Shown here: positions 47,162 through 56,300 of the stretch, one piece after another
How positions within the stretch are numbered: position 1 is the first letter of the stretch
Layout of the letters: the number at the start of each line of letters is the position of its first letter
Source of the DNA: an uncultured Gemmatimonadota bacterium
GTDB lineage: Bacteria; GCA-2686955
Direction: 5' to 3'
DNA: 64,000 bases
Assembly: GCA_964490075.1 (NCBI GenBank)
Contig: CAZBBK010000001.1
Location: 124,001 to 188,000 of the forward strand
Program-made: the position numbers and the translations under genes
The notes under the pieces: model-generated
Told to the model about the DNA's origin: nothing
The model's database searches: none
The model's input: only the letters and a program-made list of their open reading frames with translations

Positions 47162-48823
47162 TCATTGTTGCATGCTATCGACGCCCTGACCGGAGTAGCG
47201 CTCGGGGAGCGAGGCCGGATCGAGGCCGGGAAAAAGCCGTCGCTGGCGCGCCAGGATCTCGTCGTCGGTGAACGCCGCGACGATGGTCGGATAGTCGAGC
47301 ATGAAGCGCTTCATCTCGTTCTTGTCGTATCCGCAAGTCTCGATCAGATCGTTGTCGGCCCACAGATTGCCGTGACGGTAGCCGCGGAAGATCAATCTCT
47401 CGGGGTCGGCGGCGGCGGCGGAATCGCAGACCGGGAAACGCCGGTTCAAGACCTCCAGGAGCTTCTCCAGCGACAGTCGCCGCGAGCTGTCGAGCGGCAC
47501 CAGCGGTCCGGCGCCGTGATCGGAGGTCAGAATCAGCAAGTAGTCGTCGCCCGTGAGCCGCCCGAGGAGCTCGACGAGCTCCCCGGTGAAGCGATCGAGC
47601 CCCTGCATGGCGAGCCGGTGGGCATCGCTCTCGGTACCGACGAAATGTCCGATCTCGTCCAGGATCTTCATGTTGATGAGCACAAGGTCGGTGATCTCGT
47701 CGCCACCGGGCGCCTCGTGCTCGAGCATGTCGAAGATGATCCGCTTGCGGTAATCGACGCAGAGCGGACCGGCCTTGAGCTCCTGGTAGTTGCGCGGCGG
47801 CCATCCCACTACCTCCAGTCCCGATTCCGGCAGCTCGGCGATGAAGCGCTCCGGGCTGTAGTCCGCCAGGTAGTCCGGGATGGGGCGCTGGTGCGCGTCG
47901 GCCTGCAAGGCACCGCTGTGCAGATCCTGGAAGAGCACGAGGTCGCGGTCGCCGCCCGGGTGCATGGTGCCGTGGCCGGTGAGTGGCACGATCGCCTTCT
48001 TGTGCTCGGAGAAACCGATCACCTGCGCGCCGTTGCCGACCGCCGCGTCGTGGAGATCGGCGAAGGTGGGCTGCAGCAACCGCGAGGGATCGCCATCCTC
48101 GAAGTAGTTGGCCCACTTCCAGACCCGCGGGCTGCGCGAGGCCAGGCGGAAGTTGGTCGAGACGCCGTGCACGTTGGGGTAGGTGGCCGTGCCGAGAACG
48201 GCGTGCGAGATCGACGTATGGGTGGTCAGGTAGTCGAGGTCGCAGCGGTCGAAGACGATCCCCTCGCGCTCCAGGCGGGCGAAGTGAGGATGCGCTTCGA
48301 GCCGGCTCTGATAGGTGTCGTAGGCGAGCATATCGAGCACCACCAGGGCCAGGATCTTCGGCCGGCCGGTGAAACGCACCGGCAGCGCCGAGGCGGTCGA
48401 CCACCTGCCGCGCGGGAGCGAGAGCAGGTCGAAGAAGGTCGCCGCGATGTTGATCGGGCCGACTGGATCGTGCTTGACGCTCGGCGGCTCGCCCAGGGCC
48501 GAGGGGGAGTAGAGCACCAGCGGCACGTGGGTGTCGTAGCGCCAGGGCGTGGCGTGGAAGTGGATCTTGCGCTGGCCGCCGTGCGCGAAGACCGCGCCGT
48601 CCTCCTGGACCAGGAAGAATTGGCCCGACTCCCGCGGATAGAACGAGCGCGCCAGGCGATCGAGCATCCGAACGGATTCGTGCGGGGCGAGCCGCGCCGC
48701 GCTCGCGCGCACTTCGACCTGCGCCTCTTCATCGTTCGGGCCCGAACCGCGCGGCTCCCCGCCGCCGCAGCCGGGTGCGAGGAGGAGGCCGATGATCGGC
48801 AGAAGAGCGATCTTTCGATCCAT
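47162..48823 (-). CDS. PafA/PhoK-type alkaline phosphatase superfamily lipoprotein, circularly permuted
   Basis: Lipobox-like APGC; RSFYP.ESG and H.TPW.YDTHVPL precede RPK...VVLDM, T.TSISHA.L.T..P..HG, DEIGH, LTSDHG. Confidence 0.8.
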   Translation of the reverse strand: MDRKIALLPIIGLLLAPGCGGGEPRGSGPNDEEAQVEVRASAARLAPHESVRMLDRLARSFYPRESGQFFLVQEDGAVFAHGGQRKIHFHATPWRYDTHVPLVLYSPSALGEPPSVKHDPVGPINIAATFFDLLSLPRGRWSTASALPVRFTGRPKILALVVLDMLAYDTYQSRLEAHPHFARLEREGIVFDRCDLDYLTTHTSISHAVLGTATYPNVHGVSTNFRLASRSPRVWKWANYFEDGDPSRLLQPTFADLHDAAVGNGAQVIGFSEHKKAIVPLTGHGTMHPGGDRDLVLFQDLHSGALQADAHQRPIPDYLADYSPERFIAELPESGLEVVGWPPRNYQELKAGPLCVDYRKRIIFDMLEHEAPGGDEITDLVLINMKILDEIGHFVGTESDAHRLAMQGLDRFTGELVELLGRLTGDDYLLILTSDHGAGPLVPLDSSRRLSLEKLLEVLNRRFPVCDSAAAADPERLIFRGYRHGNLWADNDLIETCGYDKNEMKRFMLDYPTIVAAFTDDEILARQRRLFPGLDPASLPERYSGQGVDSMQQ

Positions 48824-48936
48824 GGGGAAAAGTCCTCGTGGCGATGACGACAGCAAAATCCCTTCATTGGAAGGGGGGAAACGCCTTGCTGTCAATCCGA
48901 ATCCCGGAACGGAAGGCAAAACCATATGATCCGATC

Positions 48937-50613
48937 ATGCCGCTCGCCACGCGCCGGGGCGCCGCTGCCCAGATCGTCTTGAGGACCCTCGCGCTGGGTG
49001 TCTCGGCCTGCTCCGGACCCTCTGGACCGCCCGCCGCCTCTCATCTCCCCGAAGACTTCCAGGGCGGCCTGGGACTGTGCTTCGAGCTGCTCGATCCGGC
49101 CCGCTCCGGCATCATCGCGCGTCACACCCAAGGGGTCGCCATCGACGATTTCGACGCCGACGGCGATCAGGACATCTTCCTGACCACCTTCGCGACCATC
49201 GGCGCGCCCTGGCGAGCAGATGCCCACGCGCACCCCGACGCGCTCTATCGGAACGAGGGCGACCTGACCTTCACCGACATCGCAGAACCCGCCTTCGGGC
49301 CCGGCAGACGGACCTCGGCGCTGGCCGCCGCCTGGGGCGATCTCGACGGTGACGGACACGACGATCTCTACGTGGCCACCGCGCGGACCTGCCCCAATCT
49401 GCTCTACCGCAGTCGTGGCGACGGCACCTTCGAGGAGTGCGGGCGGAGCAAGGGTGTGGCGGCCGAGGAGTACGGGCGCGGCGTCGCCTTCGCCGACGTC
49501 AACGACGACGGCCACCTGGACATCTACGTTTCCAACTTCGCGCCGCGCGGGGAGGGAAGCCACCCCTTTCCCGAGTCGATCGAGAGCGCAGAGGAAGCGC
49601 GACGCATGGGGGGCCGCCGCACACGCCGGAACCGCGGCCGGCGCGGTGGCCCCAACCATCTCTTCGTGCGCCGGGAGGGCGGGATCTTCGCCAACATGGC
49701 GCTCGAGATGGGTGTCGAGGGGTCGACGCGGGGCGAGGGCTGGGGGGTCGGCTTCAGCGATCTGAACGACGACGGCGATCCCGATCTCTACGCGACCAAC
49801 GACTTCCGCGAGGACGATCTCTACCTCAACCGGCACGGGGTCTTCGAGGATCGGGGCGGGCGCTTCATCGAGAAACGGCCCGATCGACTGCGCACCACCG
49901 GCGCCATGGGGGTGGCCTTCGGGGACTACGACAACGACCTGGACATCGATCTCTACGCCACCAACTACTACGCGGACTACCTGTTCGAGAACATCGAGGG
50001 AACCGCGCTGCGGCCGCGGGGCAAGCGCTCGGGTGTCGAGCGCCACACCAACGTGGTGGGGATGGGAGTGGCCTTCGCCGACTTCGACAACGACGGCGAC
50101 CTCGATCTGGCGGTGGCGAACGGCCACGTGGCCAAGATCGATCCCGAGCGCAACATCCTGCTGGAAAACCTGGACGGTGGCTGCTTCGTCGATCTGACCG
50201 AGGCCGCCGGCCCCGGGTTCGCGGCCGAGCAGCGCAGCCAGGGTCTCGCGGTGGGCGACCTCGACGGGGACGGCAGACTCGACATCGTGATCGCCAATGA
50301 CGACGGCTCCTTCCCGACGGTGTTGATCAATCGCACCGAGCGCATCGGGGGCTGGATCCGCGTGCGCCTGACCGGCCGCCCCCCCAACACCAGCGCCATC
50401 GGCGCGCGGGTGTGGCTCGATTCCGGCGGGACGGTCCAGGTGCGTGAGCGGGCCGCCGGCACCAGCCTCTACTCGTGCCATGAGGACGTGCTGCATTTCG
50501 GCCTGGGGGAATACCGGGGAGCGAGCGTGGCGCGGGTGCGCTGGCCGGACGGCAGCCTCACCGAGACCGCGGGAATCCGACCGCGCTCCGCGATCACGAT
50601 CGCGCAGCCCTGA
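48937..50613 (+). CDS. CRTAC1/ASPIC-UnbV family protein with FG-GAP/VCBS repeats
   Basis: Repeated DxDxDGxxDLY motifs; C-terminal N.SAIGARV......QVRE..AG.S..S.....LHFGLG. Confidence 0.9.
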   Translation: MPLATRRGAAAQIVLRTLALGVSACSGPSGPPAASHLPEDFQGGLGLCFELLDPARSGIIARHTQGVAIDDFDADGDQDIFLTTFATIGAPWRADAHAHPDALYRNEGDLTFTDIAEPAFGPGRRTSALAAAWGDLDGDGHDDLYVATARTCPNLLYRSRGDGTFEECGRSKGVAAEEYGRGVAFADVNDDGHLDIYVSNFAPRGEGSHPFPESIESAEEARRMGGRRTRRNRGRRGGPNHLFVRREGGIFANMALEMGVEGSTRGEGWGVGFSDLNDDGDPDLYATNDFREDDLYLNRHGVFEDRGGRFIEKRPDRLRTTGAMGVAFGDYDNDLDIDLYATNYYADYLFENIEGTALRPRGKRSGVERHTNVVGMGVAFADFDNDGDLDLAVANGHVAKIDPERNILLENLDGGCFVDLTEAAGPGFAAEQRSQGLAVGDLDGDGRLDIVIANDDGSFPTVLINRTERIGGWIRVRLTGRPPNTSAIGARVWLDSGGTVQVRERAAGTSLYSCHEDVLHFGLGEYRGASVARVRWPDGSLTETAGIRPRSAITIAQP

Positions 50614-50707
50614 GGCAGCGCGGATTCCCCCCGACCGGCGCGGGAGCGTGTAGTATCGTCCAACCTATTGTGCTCTCGGGGGCTTTTCATCAAGGAGACG
50701 CCGCGGC

Positions 50708-51871
50708 ATGAGGCCGATCGTCATCATCAGCACCGCGCTGGTCGTCTGCGCCGGCGCCGCCATCTACCTGGGCGCCGCGGGTCGCTCGGGGCCGCCGGTC
50801 CGCATCGGCTACTTCCACGGTGGCCGCACCCAGCTCCTGGCGCGGGTCCACAACGACTACGAGTGGGCCAAGGCCGGCGTGAAGGTGGAGATGTGGTCGC
50901 GCGATCTGCACGCCGAGGAGTTCGCGTTGATGCCTCACTCGATCCGGGAGTTCAACGCTCCCGGAACCGACATCGTCGGCAAGGTGCGCGGCACCGAGCT
51001 GATCGAGCACCTGCTGCGCGGCGACTACGACTTGACCACGCCGGGGGAGAGCTCGTTCGTCCTGGCGATGCGCCAGGGGCTGCCGGTGGTCGCCATCGCC
51101 GAGCTCGGTCACGACGTGCGCAACCAGTCGGGCCACGTGATCATGATGCGCAACGGCATGCCGGCCGGCGGTCCGGGCGACTACTTCGGAAGGGTGCTGG
51201 TATCGCGCCGCGCCGGACCCGGCGACTCGATCATGCTCAAGGAGTATCTGGAGACGATCGGTGTCGATCTCGAGGAAGACATCGTGCAGCTCGACGCGCT
51301 GCCCCGCGACGTGGCCTCGAAGAGCGCTCTTCCCGACGACTTCATCTACATCATCGATCAGCTCTATGAGCCGCAGTGGGCGATCGGAACCGCCAACTGT
51401 GTGATCGACGGCGGCTATTACCACCTGATGGGGGTCCCGGCCAAGATCCATGAGTTCTGGATCGTGGCGGCGCTGCAGGATTGGGTCGATCCCGAGCTCT
51501 CGCACGCGCTCTTGGTCTCCACGCCCGAATATGTCGCCGCCAATCGCGAGCGCCTGGTGAAGATGATGGAGACATACATCTTGCGGATCAAGATGGAGCA
51601 CGCGTTGAGCTACGAGGTGCGTACCCGGCAGGACGAAAAGGGCATCCAGATGGCGATGGACTACTACGGCTTGAATCTGCCCCAGTACGACGTCGTGCCG
51701 ACCGTGAGCGTCGAGCTATTGACCGAGATGACGCGCCTGCTGCGCAAGTACGGCTTCGTCGACGAACAAGCTGTCGATGTGGCGAGCTTCGTGGACAACA
51801 GCCTGGTGCTGGAAGCGCTGGACAATCTCGGCATCAGCGAGGCCGATGACGTCTGGGGGTCGGAATTCTGA
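50708..51871 (+). CDS. Substrate-binding protein, NMT1/SsuA-like
   Basis: N-terminal anchor; RIGYFHGGR, GESSFV.A...GLPVVAIA.LG, LLVSTPEY..ANRE, FVDNS. Confidence 0.7.
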   Translation: MRPIVIISTALVVCAGAAIYLGAAGRSGPPVRIGYFHGGRTQLLARVHNDYEWAKAGVKVEMWSRDLHAEEFALMPHSIREFNAPGTDIVGKVRGTELIEHLLRGDYDLTTPGESSFVLAMRQGLPVVAIAELGHDVRNQSGHVIMMRNGMPAGGPGDYFGRVLVSRRAGPGDSIMLKEYLETIGVDLEEDIVQLDALPRDVASKSALPDDFIYIIDQLYEPQWAIGTANCVIDGGYYHLMGVPAKIHEFWIVAALQDWVDPELSHALLVSTPEYVAANRERLVKMMETYILRIKMEHALSYEVRTRQDEKGIQMAMDYYGLNLPQYDVVPTVSVELLTEMTRLLRKYGFVDEQAVDVASFVDNSLVLEALDNLGISEADDVWGSEF

Positions 51872-53349
51872 CGCTTCCGATCGTCTCGATACTGCTGCTC
51901 CTGGCGAGCTGCGGTGGTGAAACGACCGAGCGGCCGAAGTCGGAGGAGGATGCCGCCGGTCCGCGCCCCAACATCGTCCTGATCGTGATGGACACCTTTC
52001 GCTACGATCACCTGGGGTGCTATGGATACGGGCGCGACACCAGCCCCAATCTCGATGCCTTCGCGACCGGTGGAATCCGTTTCGGACAGGCGATCGCCCA
52101 GGCATCGTGGACCCTGGCCAACGCCGCCAGCTACTTCACCGGGCAGTACGTGCCGACCCACCGCGTGTTCACCGCCCACCACAAGCTGCACCCTTCCGCC
52201 CTGACCCTGGCCGAGGCGCTGAGCGTCCACGGCTATCGCTGTGGCGCCTTTACCGGCGGCTTCCATATCTCTTCGATCTACGGCGTCGACCAGGGCTTCG
52301 AGATCTACACCGATCGGCCCGACTACGGCCGCCTGAGCGACGTTCTGCCGAAGGCCCGAAGCTGGCTCGAGGGGATCGGAGACGATCCCTTCTTCCTCTT
52401 CGTCCAGGCCTACGACACCCACGCCCCATTCGAGCTGGAGCCCGAATGGGCGACGAGATTCGAGCCGCAGGGCTACCGGGGCATCCTCGACGAGTTCCCG
52501 ATCGATCACACCCTGGGCGACAATCTCCAGGACGGAATCCTGACCGCGGAGGACGGCGCGACCCACGTGCTCGCCCAGCGCGATATCGACCATATCATCG
52601 CCCTCTACGACGGGTCGGTCGCCCGCGCCGACCAGCGGATCGGCGCCTTTCTCGGCTTCCTGGACGACTCCGGCCGGCGCGACGATAGCGTGATCATCAT
52701 CATGGGCGATCACGGCGAGGCGCTGCTCGAGCATGGTCACCTGCTGAAGTCGCGCCACGGCGACAGCTACGAAGAGGGGATCCACGTTCCCTTGCTGATG
52801 CAGCTTCCCGAGAAGCTGCGCGCCCCGATCTCGGGCGGTAGCCCTTCGACGGTGGTCGATACCCAGGTGCAGCTCATCGATTTGATGCCGACACTTCTGG
52901 AGTGGCTCCAGATCCGCATCCCCGCCGAGTGCCAGGGGGCGAGCCTGGTGCCGCTGCTGGAAGGACGGGCGGCGCCCGGCTTCAACGACTACGTTTTTTC
53001 GAGCGGCGGGACCGGAGGGCCACGGCGCGAGCTGTGCATTCGCAGCTCCGAGTGGAAGCTGCTGCGCTTTCGCAACATCGACGATCCCTGGGGCCGGAGA
53101 GATGAGCTCTTCCATCTTGGCGACGATCCCGGAGAGCGTCGCAACCTGTTCCAGGAGCGCCAGGATGTGGCGGCCCCATTGGGAGAGAAGCTCGACGCCT
53201 GGGAGCGCGAGGTGCAGGCCGCGGCGCTCGCCGAGGAGCTGGTCGATCCGGCGGTCGGCAAGATCATGCGGGAGCGGATGAGGGAACGAGGCTACTGGTG
53301 GCTCGAGACCGAGAAGCCGCAGCGGCGGGGGGGCGAGGCGCAACCGTGA
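51868..53349 (+). CDS. Sulfatase-like lipoprotein; probable CTG start
   Basis: The frame extends 39 codons upstream of the listed GTG through LTLPIVSILLLLASC (lipobox) and PNIVLIV; DTFRYDH, WTLAN, YDTHAPF, GDHGE. Confidence 0.82.
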   Translation: MTLPIVSILLLLASCGGETTERPKSEEDAAGPRPNIVLIVMDTFRYDHLGCYGYGRDTSPNLDAFATGGIRFGQAIAQASWTLANAASYFTGQYVPTHRVFTAHHKLHPSALTLAEALSVHGYRCGAFTGGFHISSIYGVDQGFEIYTDRPDYGRLSDVLPKARSWLEGIGDDPFFLFVQAYDTHAPFELEPEWATRFEPQGYRGILDEFPIDHTLGDNLQDGILTAEDGATHVLAQRDIDHIIALYDGSVARADQRIGAFLGFLDDSGRRDDSVIIIMGDHGEALLEHGHLLKSRHGDSYEEGIHVPLLMQLPEKLRAPISGGSPSTVVDTQVQLIDLMPTLLEWLQIRIPAECQGASLVPLLEGRAAPGFNDYVFSSGGTGGPRRELCIRSSEWKLLRFRNIDDPWGRRDELFHLGDDPGERRNLFQERQDVAAPLGEKLDAWEREVQAAALAEELVDPAVGKIMRERMRERGYWWLETEKPQRRGGEAQP

Positions 53350-56300
53350 GTAGGCGGCGGCGCGCTACGGTGGCGATCGGACCGAGCGTGGCGCTGGCGC
53401 TGGCGCTGCTGCTCGGCGGCGGCTGCGACAAGGAGGCCGATCCGCCCTGCGAACCCGGCCCGCCGATCGAGCTCGGCTACTTCCACGGCGGACGGGCGCA
53501 GCTGCTCTACCGGGCGCACCTGGCCGGTGACTTCGCCTCGCACTGCCTCGACTTGCGACTGGTCGCCGGCCGCGATGCAGCCGGGGATCTCTACCGGGTC
53601 CCGGCCGAGCACCAGACCTTCCAAGCGGCGCTCGACTCGAAGAGCGTCGCCAGGTGGAGCAGCGCCTCGATCGTGCAGGCGATCGCCGACGGTGAGCTCG
53701 ACGGCGGAGCGGTCGGAGAGGCGGAGCTCATCGCGGCCGTGTCGCGCGGGCTGCCGATCACCGCGGTCGCGACCCTCGGCATCAACCGCGCGGAGACGCC
53801 CGGCTTCGCGCTGCTGCTGCGGACCGGGACCGAGCTCGAGCGCGCGGCCGATCTGTCGGCTCTGCGCATCGGCGTCCATAGCTCCGCGCCTTTCGACCTG
53901 GTGCTGGCCCGCGAGCTGGTGCGCAAGCTGACAACCCGGGGCCGGGCGCCCACGCTGATCGAGATGGAGTCGCCGCGGCGGATCACGGAGGCGCTTCGGT
54001 CCGGAGAGCTGAACGGCGCGTTCTGTCACTACCGGGCGGCGAAGGAGCTGGTGGAAGCGTCGGTCGCGACACTGCACAGGCGCCTCGATTGGGTCGACGC
54101 CGGGCTCAGCCACGCGCTCCTGGTCTTCCACAACACCTTTCTGGATCGACGCGCGCGCGATCTGGAGCGCCTGCTGGCCGCCTACCAGGAGCGGATCCAC
54201 CAGGAGGCCGAGCTGCCGCCCGAGGAGCGCCGGCGCATGCGTGGAGAGGGACCGACGATCGCCGACGACTCGGCCGAGCTGGGACTCGGAATCCCGGTCT
54301 GGGAGCCCCATCCCCGGGTCGACGCCGCGCGCCTGGAGCAGGTGCAGGAGCTGATGGTCGCGAACGGTCTGCTCGCCGATCGAAGCGATCTCTACCCCCA
54401 CATCGACAACCGCTTTCTGGATCGCGCGCATGAACCGCGCCGGCTGATCGTGGTGCAGTGGGAGGGCGCCGAGGCGGCGGCCGTGGGGGAGATGCTCTCC
54501 GACTGGGAGCTGCCGAATCTGCGCCGTCTGGGCGAACGTGGCGCGACCTGCGAGCTGCCTTCGCCCACCGCGATGTCCCCTGGCGCCCGGTGGCGGAAGG
54601 CTCTGTCGCGGGTGGGACGGGAGCCGCTCGAGCTGCGCGCGGGAGAGGGCTCGCCGGGCAACCGTGCCCTGACAGCGCGCCTGGTAGATCATCTCGCGTC
54701 GGCTGAGACGCAGGCGCGCACCATCGTGCTGCGCTACCACGCCACCGGGCGCGCCGCGATCGCCGCCTGCGACGCAGAGCTGCGCACTCTCGACAAGACG
54801 CTGGAGGTGTTGGGCCTGTCCGGCGAGACGCTGGTCTACCTCCTCGCCGGAGGGGAGGAGGCCGGAGCGGGGAAGGGGTTCCTGGCCACCGACGACTCCG
54901 CCGTGCCGCCCGGCGCCGCCGGAGCGGAGGAGCTCGAAGCGACGCTGCTGCGGCGCGCCGGGCTCGTCGTGCCGGGCCCGACCTTGCTGCCGCAGATCGC
55001 GGACACGCGGGGGCACGCCGCCGGCGACGATCCCAACATCATCGTCATCGCGCTCGACGCCTTTCGCGCCGATCATCTCGGTTGCCTCGGCTACGGCCGC
55101 GACACCACGCCCCAGCTCGACGCCCTGGCGCAGCGCGGCTTCCTCTTCACCCAGGCGATCTCGGCCGCCGGCTACACCGTGCCGAGCACCGTCAGCCTGC
55201 TCACCGGCCGGCATCCTCCCTCTCACGGCGTTCCCTTCGCGACCCTCAAGCTGCCGCCTTCGGCGCTCACCCTGGCCGAAGTGCTGCGCGACCACGGCTA
55301 CGCCACGACCGCCATCACCGGCAGCGTCCACAACTCCTCGATGGTCGGCTATGCGCAGGGCTTCGACCGCTACCTGTCGGAGATGGAGTACGGACACCTG
55401 CGCGAAGTGCTGACCCGCGCCCGGCGGCGCTTGAACCAGCATCCCGGCGGCCCCTTCTTCCTCTACCTGCACGCCTACGACGCCCACGCCCCTTACGAGG
55501 TACCCGAACCCTTCGCGAGCAAGTTCGGCGGCGACTACCAGGGGGTGCTCGCCGACCTCACCCTCGGCCACCCGGTGGGCGGCGAGCTGCGCGGATCGAC
55601 TCTGATCTCGGAGAGCGGCGCGCGCAGGGAGCTTTCCGCGCGGGATCGCCGTTTCTGGATCGATCGCTACGACGCCGCGCTGGCCCATGCCGATCACCAG
55701 ATCGGCGCCTTCTTGCGCTACCTGGAGAGCACATCCCTGGCCGACAACACGATTCTGGTGGTGCTCGGCAACCACGGCGAGTCGCTCTTCGACCACGGAG
55801 CGGTTCTGCAGCGCCGCCACGGCGACATCTGGGAGGAGGGCATCCACGTACCGCTGATCGTGCGAATCCCCGAGCAGCTCCTCGCCGGGCGAGGGATCAA
55901 AGACAGCTCTGTGCGCGCCATCGACACCCAGGCCCAGCTCGTCGACCTGATGCCGACCCTGCTCGAGCTGCTCGAGATCCCAATCCCCGAAGCGTGCCAG
56001 GGGCGCAGCCTGGTGCCGCTCATGAGAGGCGACGCGCCCGCGGACTTCAACGAGTACGTCTATTCGATCGGATCGGCGGGAGGCAACAAGTTTCCCTGGC
56101 GCTCCTGCGTGCGCACCGAAGAGTGGAAGCTGCTGCGTTTTCACCAAGACGAGGCGCCGAACCCGCGCAGCCGACTCTACCGTTTGAGCGACGATCCCGG
56201 CGAGCGACGCGACCTGGCCGCCGACCACCCGCAGATCGTCGCCCGCCTGGGCGAGAAGCTCGACGCATACGATCGTCTGCTGCCCCAGGCGAGCAGAGAG

